63,818 nt of DNA. Origin: a virus. Positions 16,171 through 25,004 of this stretch are shown here, in pieces. Numbering within the stretch: position 1 is the stretch's first letter; every line of letters starts with the position of its first letter. The position numbers were made by a program, and so were the translations under genes. The notes beneath the pieces were generated by a model. The model saw nothing but the letters and a program-made list of their open reading frames with translations, did no database searches and was not told where the DNA came from. The stretch covers positions 1-63,818 of the IMG/VR virus record IMGVR_UViG_3300034069_001263. One strand, 5' to 3'.

Positions 16171-16725
16171 TCAGGCCTCCAAGAATTCGTCGGCGCGCAC
16201 ATCGAAGCTGCGCCCATCGCGAATTTCGATGATACGAGGATCAACCTTGATGCCGGATGCTTCGTAGGCAGGACGTATCCTGATCGGCCAGCCCAGGCGG
16301 TTCAGATGATCGGCAAGCTGTGTCTTGCCCGAGCCCTGCGGCCCATCAATCGTCACCGTCAGCCGATCCGGCGTCTCTCGCTGCGCCCGACCATGGTTGA
16401 TCGCTGAGAGGATCGTTTGAACTTCTTTGGAACGATCCAAGCGTCCAGAACGGAAAGCCGCAGCGATTGCCTTCGGTCCGCCACGCATCAGCTCGGCGCC
16501 CATCAGATCAAAGACGAAGCCCTCCATCCCGTAGGGCAGTGACGACGACAGCCCGTCCGCTGCCATCTCGCGCGCCGCCAAGAGATCCGGCGTGACGCCC
16601 ATCGCCTTGATCCGCTCCGCCATGCCTGCAAGCGCGACGGCGTCGTCATGTCGCGGTCCGTCCTTCAGCACGGTAGCCACCGCGCCCAGGCTCTTCACCG
16701 CTTCGTCGATCAGGTCGGAAAGCAT
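16171..16725 (-). CDS. P-loop protein (Walker A near the C-terminus)
   Basis: GPQGSGKT at about residue 130 of 184; AAGGAG 7 nt upstream of the ATG. Confidence 0.6.
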   Translation of the reverse strand: MLSDLIDEAVKSLGAVATVLKDGPRHDDAVALAGMAERIKAMGVTPDLLAAREMAADGLSSSLPYGMEGFVFDLMGAELMRGGPKAIAAAFRSGRLDRSKEVQTILSAINHGRAQRETPDRLTVTIDGPQGSGKTQLADHLNRLGWPIRIRPAYEASGIKVDPRIIEIRDGRSFDVRADEFLEA

Positions 16726-16774
16726 CGCTCGACTCCTTCAATGCGTCGAACCTAACCGCGCCGACTCACTCATG

Positions 16775-16789
16775 TCAACACAATGTTGA
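16775..16789. repeat. Palindrome copy TCAACACAATGTTGA in a divergent control region
   Basis: Between the leftward operon start (16725) and the rightward gene 16839. Confidence 0.85.
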
Positions 16790-16838
16790 AAGTGTCGGCT
16801 CATTTGCCGATCCGGCCCTGCCATGGCAAAACCCTCAC

Positions 16839-17153
16839 GTGCTTCTCCCCGTCGCCCTCGCTGCCGCGGCCATTGTCATGCCGACCTGTGCCGACCAAAC
16901 GGACTGCACCGCCAAGTGGGGCAGGGCGCTGCATTGGGTGTTGGAGCATAATCCGGCGATCATCGAATCAACGGACACGCTTATCCGCACCGCGCCGGCC
17001 GAAGTGGCGGGGCCAAACTATCTGCAGGTCACACGCATTCCCGAGACCGGTGGCGGCGCGACGCTGGATCTGCGAGTCGGGTGTGCCTCACTGCTCATTG
17101 GCTGCGACTGGAAGCGCTTGAAGCGCGACTTCGTCGAGGCCGTAGGTCAATAA
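16839..17153 (+). CDS. Putative secreted protein
   Basis: 104 aa; hydrophobic N-terminus LLPVALAAAAIVMPTCA; GTG start with no clear SD. Confidence 0.4.
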   Translation: MLLPVALAAAAIVMPTCADQTDCTAKWGRALHWVLEHNPAIIESTDTLIRTAPAEVAGPNYLQVTRIPETGGGATLDLRVGCASLLIGCDWKRLKRDFVEAVGQ

Positions 17154-17175
17154 AATGTTGACACACTGTGTGGAG
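17147..17175. repeat. Double palindrome copy TCAATAAAATGTTGA overlapping TGACACACTGTGTGGAG
   Basis: Overlaps the stop codon of 16839-17153; about 40 nt upstream of ATG 17215. Confidence 0.7.
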
Positions 17176-17214
17176 ACTGTTTAGCGTCGGTCCGTAAGCA
17201 ATCGGAGTCGACGC

Positions 17215-17463
17215 ATGACCCAGCCTGACCTTGAAGCGCTGGTGGGGCGGGAAGATGACGCCGACACAATAGCTGCATCGCTGACACAGGAAGAACGCGA
17301 CCTGTTGCTTGGTAACCCGAACGGATGGGGTTCTTGGATGTGGTCCTGTGCGTGCGGCATGATTGGCAAAGGGATTGCCCGTCGTACTGCTGCCGGCATC
17401 GACTTCGACACTGATCTCGCTCGCAATGTCCGCGCCCGTCTCCGCACGGACCCCGCGTCATGA
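17215..17463 (+). CDS. Hypothetical protein
   Basis: 82 aa; GGAG 7 nt upstream. Confidence 0.45.
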   Translation: MTQPDLEALVGREDDADTIAASLTQEERDLLLGNPNGWGSWMWSCACGMIGKGIARRTAAGIDFDTDLARNVRARLRTDPAS

Positions 17464-17738
17464 GCGGGCTTTATCAAAGCGGCTTTCGCCCGGCTGGAAC
17501 GCCCAAGAGTTGGGAGGCCACAAGCATGTCCTGCACTGGCGAGGCGCAGGCGGGCGATATTATGCGCCGCTACTCTGTGCCAACTACTTATGGCGACCCC
17601 GTCGAAGCGGTCGGCTTCATCGAACTCGAAGAAGCCGAATTGAAGCAGCTTGTGGCTGACTACGAGAATGGCAATCGTGCCGTACTCCGGTTCAACAAGC
17701 GCGGCTACCGGCTCGAACTTACAAGGACGCCTGTATGA
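17460..17738 (+). CDS. Hypothetical protein
   Basis: 92 aa; ATGA overlap with the previous gene. Confidence 0.45.
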   Translation: MSGLYQSGFRPAGTPKSWEATSMSCTGEAQAGDIMRRYSVPTTYGDPVEAVGFIELEEAELKQLVADYENGNRAVLRFNKRGYRLELTRTPV

Positions 17739-18301
17739 CCCCCGCACCCGCGAGCGCGGCGGAGGAGGTGGTGCTGACGGCGGCTGAAGCGATCCTGGAA
17801 GCGCTGATATACGACTGCTCGCCTGACATGATCTGGGCGAGCGAGTTGGCCATGTCCTCCGGGGCACGTCGCTGCGACTTCTGGACGATCGCCCCTTGGC
17901 AGTCGAAGGGCTACGCGGCCACGGCCTACGAGATCAAGGTATCGCGAGCGGATTTCCGGCGGGACACGCATGAGAAGCAGCGCGAGAGCCGGCTATTCAG
18001 CGATCGGTTCTACTACGTCACGCCAGTTGGTCTGCTTCGCAAAGACGAGGTGCCGGATTGGGCCGGGCTGATCGAGATCGTAGACGGCAAGAAGCACATC
18101 ATCGTTCCCGCTCCACTGCGCGACAAAGACGCACCATCGTGGGAGCTGATCGTCTCACTGCTTCGCAACAGCGGTCGAATCAGGCGCGACACGGATATCG
18201 TGAAAGCGGAACGTGCGCGCTTCAAACACATGCTTCAGACGGCATCGCAGAAGCTGCGCGATGCTGGTCAGCAACCTTGGCAGTTTGGGATACACCTATG
18301 A
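17735..18301 (+). CDS. PD-(D/E)xK nuclease-fold protein (MmcB-like)
   Basis: CDFWTI...YEIKVSRADFRRD motif is typical of the MmcB/DUF-type restriction-fold family. Confidence 0.55.
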   Translation: MTPAPASAAEEVVLTAAEAILEALIYDCSPDMIWASELAMSSGARRCDFWTIAPWQSKGYAATAYEIKVSRADFRRDTHEKQRESRLFSDRFYYVTPVGLLRKDEVPDWAGLIEIVDGKKHIIVPAPLRDKDAPSWELIVSLLRNSGRIRRDTDIVKAERARFKHMLQTASQKLRDAGQQPWQFGIHL

Positions 18302-18921
18302 CTAGCACCCCCATGCCTGACCCCACCCCTGATGCGGCGCCTGTGACGAACAAGGCGACCGCCGAACAGATGCTAGAACTGCTTCGATCTTGGTCAGACA
18401 GCGATTTTGCAGTTGTCGCCTCTGGAGAACAAGGCGAAGACCTGAAAGCTAAGCTAGAAGGAGAAATCTCCCGTTCCCTAGACCGCCTCGCCGCCGAAGC
18501 GCAACATCGGGAGCGGGCGGAGAAGGCTGGATTGATACATCGAGCATCATACGTGGCGCTTGAAGATGTGACGATCAAGCTTGTCGCCGCCGAAGCCGCC
18601 CTCGCCGCATCCGAGCAGCGGGCGGAGAAGGCGGAACGGGAGCGGGATGAGGCGCTGCTGGAAATAACGCGTTTGAACGATCTAGCGCTCTCTGGCTTCA
18701 ATCGAGGCTATGCGACCGGACAGGAACAAGCCGAAGCCGCCCTCCTCGCATCCGAGCAGAGCAACCGGGCGCCGGTGGAAGGGATCAGGCAAGCAGCGAG
18801 TGACGCTCACCTAGTCACTTTGCACGGCAATGTGCCTGACATGTGGAAAGCCGCCAAGGCTCTGCGCGATCACCTACTCGCCCTGCTCCCTGCGGCGGTA
18901 GCCGAGAGGGGGCAAGGGTGA
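18298..18921 (+). CDS. Coiled-coil protein
   Basis: 207 aa from ATG 18298 (overlaps the previous stop); repeated AAEAALAASEQRAEKAERE segments. Confidence 0.5.
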   Translation: MTSTPMPDPTPDAAPVTNKATAEQMLELLRSWSDSDFAVVASGEQGEDLKAKLEGEISRSLDRLAAEAQHRERAEKAGLIHRASYVALEDVTIKLVAAEAALAASEQRAEKAERERDEALLEITRLNDLALSGFNRGYATGQEQAEAALLASEQSNRAPVEGIRQAASDAHLVTLHGNVPDMWKAAKALRDHLLALLPAAVAERGQG

Positions 18922-19097
18922 TGAATAGCTTGCGCGAGCCCAAGGGGAGGTTTCAGGAGGTCGTGCGGCGTCTTGCGGAGGCAGCGATGTCCGTGACGCA
19001 TCACGACGCCAGTGAAGATGAGCCGGGCTACATTTTCGAGGTTCAATCCATGGAACGCAAGTTTACCAACATTCTTCGTGGAAAGATGCGCCAATGA
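18921..19097 (+). CDS. Hypothetical protein
   Basis: 58 aa; TGATG overlap. Confidence 0.35.
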   Translation: MNSLREPKGRFQEVVRRLAEAAMSVTHHDASEDEPGYIFEVQSMERKFTNILRGKMRQ

Positions 19098-19636
19098 CCG
19101 ATGCAGCAACGGAAGCGCGGGCTCGCGCTATCTTGGCGGAAGCGTATGGATGCGCTGACGACTTTCACTCCGTCAACACGGAGGTCATGCTTCAAGGTAT
19201 CGGACCCATCCTCGCGCTACCCGCTCTCACCGCCGATCGCGACCGCATCAGGGGTGAGGCGATCGAGGAAGCGGCGGCACGGGCCAGAACCGTTGATCTA
19301 TTCGACGGCGAGCGCCTGAAGAACAGCGATCCGCGTATCACCGTGTCGGACGCCATCCGCGCCCTCGCGCAGCCCGGCCCGGTTGACGATGGGTGGCGGG
19401 ATATCGCGACGGCGCCGAAGGATCAGCAGCTAATCGGCTGGTGGCCGTTATTCGGCGGCACGGATGGCTATCTTGAGTGGAACGACGACAAGTACGCCAA
19501 GCGTCCGCGCCCGTATTGGAGCGCAGGTCGAGATGAGCGTGTCTGGGGCGCCTTAGCGGTTCGAGCGAACCAGCCCACCCATTGGCGCCATCGTTTTACT
19601 CCGCCGGCCAGCACGGGCGGGGAGGTGGCGAAGTGA
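19094..19636 (+). CDS. Hypothetical protein
   Basis: 180 aa; ATGA overlap; Trp-rich C-terminal half. Confidence 0.5.
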   Translation: MTDAATEARARAILAEAYGCADDFHSVNTEVMLQGIGPILALPALTADRDRIRGEAIEEAAARARTVDLFDGERLKNSDPRITVSDAIRALAQPGPVDDGWRDIATAPKDQQLIGWWPLFGGTDGYLEWNDDKYAKRPRPYWSAGRDERVWGALAVRANQPTHWRHRFTPPASTGGEVAK

Positions 19637-19863
19637 GGGTGATACTCGACTGCGACCGCGAGCATATGATTGCGGCCATGGACCTTGCATGTGCGGAAAT
19701 GCCCGGCTGGGAGCAACGCTACAACCGCATCGGCTGGGGATGGGATAAGCGACAGGGCAACGCCAAATTTTTCGTCCGGCGGATCAAGGACGGTTTGTCG
19801 CTGCGGCAAGTCGCACCGGTTCGCATTCCACCCACCCCCGCCACGGTGGCGGCCAATGCCTGA
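19633..19863 (+). CDS. Hypothetical protein
   Basis: 76 aa; GTG overlaps the previous stop. Confidence 0.4.
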   Translation: MRVILDCDREHMIAAMDLACAEMPGWEQRYNRIGWGWDKRQGNAKFFVRRIKDGLSLRQVAPVRIPPTPATVAANA

Positions 19864-20029
19864 ATCTGACGAAGATATCATCTGGATACCCCGTCACACC
19901 GACGCGCTCCACGACCAAACAATCACCCGGCGCTGCACTGAGGCGGCGGATCGGCTCTACCCGGATCGCAAGGACCCGCGGTGGCAGGCGGCTTTCGATG
20001 GGGCGCGTGTGGTGCTTGGTGTAAGCTGA
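19856..20029 (+). CDS. Hypothetical protein
   Basis: 57 aa from ATG 19856. Confidence 0.4.
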   Translation: MPESDEDIIWIPRHTDALHDQTITRRCTEAADRLYPDRKDPRWQAAFDGARVVLGVS

Positions 20030-20033
20030 CCCG

Positions 20034-20948
20034 ATGGCGGCCAAGCTGTCTCACCTTCAAGCGCTGCGTGCTGTCGCCGCTTCACTCGTAATCGTTGACC
20101 ATGCAACGGGCAGCATGGGGCTAGATCACCGACTGCCTGCCAGGACTGCTCCCGTTGCATGGCACATCGGATGGCTTGGCGTCGCGGTTTTCTTTGTCAT
20201 CAGCGGTTTCATCATGCGGCGCGCTGATCCGAGCCGATTTCTCTGGCATCGGTTTCGCCGCATCGCTCCGCTTTACTGGCTCGCCACGGCGGCGTCGATC
20301 CTGATTGGTGGCCGCCATTACCTCTTCAGCGAGATCCTGCGCTCGGTTCTGCTCATTCCCATGCAGCACGATGGCAGCCTGCAGTTCACGCCTATTCTGA
20401 CTCAGGGTTGGACGCTGAGCTTGGAGGTTCTGTTCTATCTGTTGTTCGCTGCCCTAGCGGCGCGGAGAGCGGCGATCACGGCTGCTCTGGTTGGGCTGGT
20501 GATGATAAGCGCGGTTCTGCCATCGGGTGGCCTTGCTGGCTTCTACACGCAGCCGATCATCATTTTCTTCGTCATCGGATTGTGGATCCACCGGGGTCGG
20601 GGTGGGGTCAGCGTCGCGATTGTGCTGCTCATCGTCGCAGCGGCTTATCCCGGTTGGCCCGCTGCACTGTTGACGGTGGCAGCGGTATGGTGCTGCACTG
20701 GTGAAAGCCGCGCTCCTAGGTGGCTGGAGCGGGCAGGCGATGCGTCCTACTCGACGTACCTATTCCACGGCTTTGCTCTAGCGGCGCTGCACAAGGCAGT
20801 AGGGTGGTTGCCGCCGGTCGCGTATGTCGGCGTGGCGGTGGTGGCCTGTAACTTGGTGGGGTGGGCGCTCTACCGGGTGGTGGAGCGCCCGTTGATTGTG
20901 GGCACGGAGCGCCTATCTGCTATCAGCCGGCGAGCCAGACTGGCTTGA
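20034..20948 (+). CDS. Acyltransferase family 3 membrane protein (O-antigen/polysaccharide O-acetylase type)
   Basis: LQALRAVAASLVIVDH N-terminus, about 8 TM helices, FFVISGFIM motif. Confidence 0.8.
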   Translation: MAAKLSHLQALRAVAASLVIVDHATGSMGLDHRLPARTAPVAWHIGWLGVAVFFVISGFIMRRADPSRFLWHRFRRIAPLYWLATAASILIGGRHYLFSEILRSVLLIPMQHDGSLQFTPILTQGWTLSLEVLFYLLFAALAARRAAITAALVGLVMISAVLPSGGLAGFYTQPIIIFFVIGLWIHRGRGGVSVAIVLLIVAAAYPGWPAALLTVAAVWCCTGESRAPRWLERAGDASYSTYLFHGFALAALHKAVGWLPPVAYVGVAVVACNLVGWALYRVVERPLIVGTERLSAISRRARLA

Positions 20949-21789
20949 GCGCCGCGAAGGCGTTGGCCGCCAGCACGTCGTGCCCGCCGGCCCGGCCGGC
21001 CGCATCGGCCCGCGTCCGGGTGCAGTTCAGGTGCTGGTTGTTCAGGATCGGCGCCCAGCAGTTCGAGTTGGCCGCTTCCGCCCCGCTACTGATGAGCGCC
21101 CGCATGGCGGCGAGGTTGTCGACATAGACGGCATCGGCGCCGGCCGTGACCAGGTCGGCCACCGCGCCCTGCTGCGCGACCCGGCAGGAGGCGTAGTAGC
21201 TTTCCTCGGTCGTGAGCGTGTCACCGCCCTGGCCGGTGGCCCAGTTCTTCATGTGCTGGCCATGCACCAGCATCCGCTTGCACCCGGCGGCCAGCAGCAG
21301 CTTGCCCATCTGGGCGAGGTTCCTGCGGGTGTCGATCGCGACGGCCGCGCCGCTGGCGGGCGCGCTGGCGAGCGCCGTGGCGGCGGTCAGCGTGAGGGTG
21401 TCGCCCGACACCGACAGCACCTGGGCGCTGGCGCCGGCGACCTGGATCCAGGAGCCCGCCCCGTAGAGCGTGCCCAGGCCGGCCTGGAGCGGCACGCTGG
21501 TGGTGGTGGCCGTGCCGTTCACCGTTGTGGCGCCGTTGCCGTCGTTCGCACCGCCATAGAGGATGCCGATGTTCGGCACCTCGTACTGGGTCATGGCGCC
21601 GAAGCGCGCGACCATCTGGGCGGTGGTGTTGCCGCCGATGCCGTAGCCCCGCATGATGAAGCCGATGGCCGGGTACTTGGCCCGGAGCAGCGCCACCAGA
21701 CGGTAGAGGTGCGTGTCGGCCGGCGTGTTGCCGTAGCCGTATGGCGCGGTGAGGCTGTCGCCCATGCCGGCGAGCGCGATGGTCGTCAT
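20923..21789 (-). CDS. SGNH/GDSL-family hydrolase (esterase)
   Basis: GDSLT (block I), GIGGNT (block II), GGANDG (block III); ATG 21789. Confidence 0.7.
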   Translation of the reverse strand: MTTIALAGMGDSLTAPYGYGNTPADTHLYRLVALLRAKYPAIGFIMRGYGIGGNTTAQMVARFGAMTQYEVPNIGILYGGANDGNGATTVNGTATTTSVPLQAGLGTLYGAGSWIQVAGASAQVLSVSGDTLTLTAATALASAPASGAAVAIDTRRNLAQMGKLLLAAGCKRMLVHGQHMKNWATGQGGDTLTTEESYYASCRVAQQGAVADLVTAGADAVYVDNLAAMRALISSGAEAANSNCWAPILNNQHLNCTRTRADAAGRAGGHDVLAANAFAALKPVWLAG

Positions 21790-21790
21790 G

Positions 21791-22708
21791 TCAGTTCTGC
21801 CCCACAAGGGTGAGAAGGAGGGCGTTTGCCGTGTCGCATCGGACCAGCATCGTGCCGCACAACGGGCCCGGCAGCGGGAACCAGCCGCTTGCCCCGGCCG
21901 CGATCGTGATGGTCGCGAAAGGGAGCGCTTGGCCCAAGTTGCTGGTCAGCGTCATGAGGATCGAAGCGCCACCAGCGGGGTTCGTGTTGCGGTAGTAGAA
22001 GCCCAGCATGGACTTGAGCGCCACGCCGCCCGGGGGAATGATCGTGTCCGCATTGGCCGTCGCCAGGGTGAACTGGCTGTTGGCACCGCTGCCGTTGTAG
22101 AAGGAGATGCCGCGGGGCTGCGGAACGTAGCCGGCGTTCGCATCGGCCAGATAGCCGTGCAGCAGCATCGTCCTGGTCACGGCTGCGTCGTTGGGCACGG
22201 CGATCAGCACGTCGTGCGGCCCCGGGCCGAAGTTGGTCCCCAGGATGATGTTCCGGGCGTGCCCGAAGGCGAGCGCCGGCCCACGGAGGTTCTGGCTCTC
22301 CGGCACGACCTCCGCCGCCCATGGCACCTCGATCGGCTGGCCGTCGACGGATACGCCGAACGGACAACCGTTGTTGTAGCCGCCATACAGCCCGATCCGC
22401 AGGCCGATGACGTTGCCGTTGATGCTCCGCCGGATCGCGACATCGCCCGCATAGGTGGTGGATGCGACCGAGTTGATGGCGATGCCGGCGGCGCTGCCAT
22501 CCTCGTTGTCGAGCGCAAGGTAGGTCAAGGAAGCGTTCGAGCTGCCGGACACGCTGATGACGTCCTCGCCGCGCTGCACCGGCAGCATCACGAGGCGGGG
22601 CTGGGTGATCTTGGCGATGACTGCCGCGAGCTGGGCCTGCTGGCCGGCATTGAGCCCCGCGGCGAGTTGCGCCGCCTGCGCGGCGGCGTCCTGCGCGATG
22701 ATGTCCAT
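21791..22708 (-). CDS. Hypothetical protein (Gly/Ala-rich beta protein)
   Basis: 305 aa; tightly packed between the secreted protein and the SGNH hydrolase. Confidence 0.5.
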   Translation of the reverse strand: MDIIAQDAAAQAAQLAAGLNAGQQAQLAAVIAKITQPRLVMLPVQRGEDVISVSGSSNASLTYLALDNEDGSAAGIAINSVASTTYAGDVAIRRSINGNVIGLRIGLYGGYNNGCPFGVSVDGQPIEVPWAAEVVPESQNLRGPALAFGHARNIILGTNFGPGPHDVLIAVPNDAAVTRTMLLHGYLADANAGYVPQPRGISFYNGSGANSQFTLATANADTIIPPGGVALKSMLGFYYRNTNPAGGASILMTLTSNLGQALPFATITIAAGASGWFPLPGPLCGTMLVRCDTANALLLTLVGQN

Positions 22709-22711
22709 TGG

Positions 22712-23293
22712 TCAGTTCCCCCAGTCGTAGCTGAGCGCGCCGCCGGTGACGGAGCAGGTCATGGACCAGCTCGCCGGCACGACCTGGTCGTTCATCACCG
22801 GCGCTTGCAGCTGAAGATTGGCGGCCGACGTGCTGGTCCAAACAAACTTGGCGTTGCCGCTGCCGTCGGTGACGGGCAGGAACGGCGCTCCGGCGGCGGG
22901 CGAGCGGAAGAGCTGGCAGCTACCCTGCCAAGTGCCCCATAGCGCCATCCACAGGTCCCGACCGGCCTGGAGCGCCACCGGCCCGATTGTGGCGGTGCCG
23001 CCGGCGAACGCGACGGCACCGCTCGTCTTGCTGGCGGCTGAACTGGTCACGGTGCCGGCTTGAACCGTTGAAGGCGCTGAGACATAGGTCGGTGCAGGTA
23101 CGCTTGTTTGGTACACGAGGGCTGCGCCCGTTGCAGGATCACGCGGACACGCCGTCCCATCCAACCGCACACAGACCGCCGCCCCAGCCGCCACCGGCAG
23201 TCCGTTCCCGTTCTTCACCAACGGCATCTGCAGCGGATCGGCCCAGGCGACACCAGCCAGTCCCACGGCGGCGAGCAACATCCATGCGCGCAT
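22712..23293 (-). CDS. Secreted protein
   Basis: Signal peptide MRAWMLLAAVGLAGVAWA; GGAGA 9 nt upstream of ATG 23293. Confidence 0.5.
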   Translation of the reverse strand: MRAWMLLAAVGLAGVAWADPLQMPLVKNGNGLPVAAGAAVCVRLDGTACPRDPATGAALVYQTSVPAPTYVSAPSTVQAGTVTSSAASKTSGAVAFAGGTATIGPVALQAGRDLWMALWGTWQGSCQLFRSPAAGAPFLPVTDGSGNAKFVWTSTSAANLQLQAPVMNDQVVPASWSMTCSVTGGALSYDWGN

Positions 23294-23328
23294 CAGTCTA
23301 TTTCTCCGGCTCATTTCTCCGACGTATA

Positions 23329-23343
23329 TCAACAAAATGTGGT
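23329..23343. repeat. Palindrome copy TCAACAAAATGTGGT in a divergent control region
   Basis: Followed by GGTGTGGAGTCGGTGAATGTTGACGG (a second partial copy). Confidence 0.75.
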
Positions 23344-23433
23344 GGTGTGGAGTCGGTGAATGTTGACGGACCCTGCCGAGTCAATCTATTTCTCTGGGTG
23401 GGGTGTCTGTATTTCTCCGGGTGGGGTGCGACG

Positions 23434-23652
23434 ATGAAGCGCTGCCAATGTGGAAAGATGATCCATCCCAGCCAGGGCGCGGCACACGCCGCTCGGAAGC
23501 GGCTCAAAAACGTCGCGCTTGACGTTTACCGGTGCGAGCACGGCAACTGGCACCTTGGCCGGACACGCGATCCCCTCCGCTGCGCATGGCGGATTGACGA
23601 TATCTTGAAGCGGCATGAGGCGGCGCTACGGGCGCGGCTGGCGGCACGGTGA
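23434..23652 (+). CDS. Small zinc-ribbon-like protein (paralogue of 45248-45421)
   Basis: 72 aa; CQCGK...YRCEHGNWHLGR pattern. Confidence 0.45.
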   Translation: MKRCQCGKMIHPSQGAAHAARKRLKNVALDVYRCEHGNWHLGRTRDPLRCAWRIDDILKRHEAALRARLAAR

Positions 23653-24008
23653 TAGTTCTGGTAACCGGTGGGCGCGACTATACGGACGCGGAATCGCTGG
23701 AGTCCGCGCTTTCGACACTCAGCCCTTCCATCATCATGCATGGGGCGGCCCGCGGCGCCGATCGGATCGCCGACGCATGGGCGCGCCGCCACAGGGTTAC
23801 GGTCAAAGCCTTTCCGGCCAACTGGGCGGAGGAGGGCCCCTCAGCCGGCCCAAGGCGCAACGCCGCCATGCTGGCAGCCTCGCAACCCGACATCGTGCTG
23901 GCGGCGCCTGGCGGGCGTGGGACGGCTGACATGGTGCGACGCGCTACCAGGGCAGGCGTGGAGGTGCGGCACGTTACTCCCACCGGCTTGGACGCGCTGC
24001 TAGGCTAG
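23649..24008 (+). CDS. DUF2493 / SLOG-family Rossmann protein
   Basis: IVLVTGGRDYTD...IMHGAARGADRIADAWA...APGGRGTADMV; ends GLDALLG. Confidence 0.6.
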   Translation: MIVLVTGGRDYTDAESLESALSTLSPSIIMHGAARGADRIADAWARRHRVTVKAFPANWAEEGPSAGPRRNAAMLAASQPDIVLAAPGGRGTADMVRRATRAGVEVRHVTPTGLDALLG

Positions 24009-24100
24009 GCGAGATCGGGCGGCTTTGGTGCGTTTGGCGCCTATCTCCACATGCGACATCGCGGGGTGAAGCTGGCAACGCCCCGCCGCACGCGCACAAA

Positions 24101-24130
24101 GCAAAACCGCCGCCCGTTGCGGGGCGGCGG
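24101..24130 (-). terminator. Rho-independent terminator (for leftward gene 24160-24315)
   Basis: Stem CCGCCGCCC/GGGCGGCGG (24107-24130); on the minus strand it is followed by TTTTGCTTTG. Confidence 0.55.
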
Positions 24131-24159
24131 CTAAGAGGTTTGGCGGCCAGCTACCGAGG

Positions 24160-24315
24160 TTAGCGGCGCGGCATCAGTATCAAGATCCACAGCACGGCCG
24201 TGGCCACCGCCACCCATCGGCCCCACCGTTTCACCATCTCCCGGCCGGCGGTGCGCGTGGCAGCCGTGGAGGTGACGGCGAATAGGAGAACCATCGCTAT
24301 GGCTAGGCCGATCAT
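24160..24315 (-). CDS. Small two-TM membrane protein
   Basis: 51 aa from ATG 24315 (MIGLAIAMVLLFAV...VAVATAVLWILILM). Confidence 0.4.
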   Translation of the reverse strand: MIGLAIAMVLLFAVTSTAATRTAGREMVKRWGRWVAVATAVLWILILMPRR

Positions 24316-24461
24316 GTCGGATCTACCATTTGTGCGCCGCATAGGGCGCGCGCCATGAGAACTTGGGCGGTGGTGAAAGCGGGAGTCGGTTCGCCCGGCT
24401 CTTGCAGCAACTCCGGTTCATCTAGCCAAGTGACGATGTCGATTGCGTCAGAAAGGGTCAT
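24312..24461 (-). CDS. Small acidic hypothetical protein (49 aa, below the ORF-track cutoff)
   Basis: Hand translation MTLSDAIDIVTWLDEPELLQEPGEPTPAFTTAQVLMARALCGAQMVDPT; coupled at both ends. Confidence 0.3.
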   Translation of the reverse strand: MTLSDAIDIVTWLDEPELLQEPGEPTPAFTTAQVLMARALCGAQMVDPT

Positions 24462-24910
24462 CACAGAGTCTCCCCGCCCACAATCCACGCCTGGCCATCG
24501 TCGCCGATATAAAGCTCCAGCGTGCCGCGGGGCTCCACCGAACCGGAAAGCGCTTCACCGATGCGGCGGTTCTCGTCGCGGTCGGCGCTGTAATGGTCGC
24601 GGTCCTGAAACCCGACGCCATGGCCAGCGCGTTCCATGTAAAGGTCAGAGCCCAACCGTTCCGCGTCCGCGTAGTCAATCATCGCCATCGTCGGGCCGGC
24701 TGCCTTGGCGAACGCCTCGCATTCTGCCTTGGCACGGAGGAACGTGGCGTCGGGGCAGGTGTAAATCGTGCCACAGTCGCGCGCCTCGCGATCTTCTACT
24801 ATGGCTTCCTCGTTCTCACGAAGCTGCAAATCTTCCAGCGCCGTGGACAGGAAGCCTTCTACCATGGGGCAAGCCGTGAAGATGGCGCGCCGCTCAATTT
24901 CAGTCAGCAT
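24461..24910 (-). CDS. Hypothetical protein
   Basis: 149 aa from ATG 24910; AGGAGG 7 nt upstream. Confidence 0.5.
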   Translation of the reverse strand: MLTEIERRAIFTACPMVEGFLSTALEDLQLRENEEAIVEDREARDCGTIYTCPDATFLRAKAECEAFAKAAGPTMAMIDYADAERLGSDLYMERAGHGVGFQDRDHYSADRDENRRIGEALSGSVEPRGTLELYIGDDGQAWIVGGETL

Positions 24911-24975
24911 CGCAGTACCTCCTAATAAAGATGGGTTCATCATCGCGGCGGATCGCACACGCCGCTAATGGGAAC

Positions 24976-24990
24976 TCACTACTATGTTGA
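24976..24990. repeat. Degenerate palindrome copy (minus orientation TCAACATAGTAGTGA)
   Basis: Preceded by CAGTC on the minus strand; 66 nt upstream of ATG 24910. Confidence 0.6.
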
Positions 24991-25004
24991 GACTGTGGGC
25001 GTGA

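Noticed and set aside
21749-22942. Long overlapping ORFs (21749-22942 +, 21786-22841 -, 20896-21813 +) in the surface-modification island
   Set aside because: The translations are Arg/Gly/Pro-rich. The alternative frames 20923-21789, 21791-22708 and 22712-23293 give an SGNH motif set, a signal peptide and tight non-overlapping packing.
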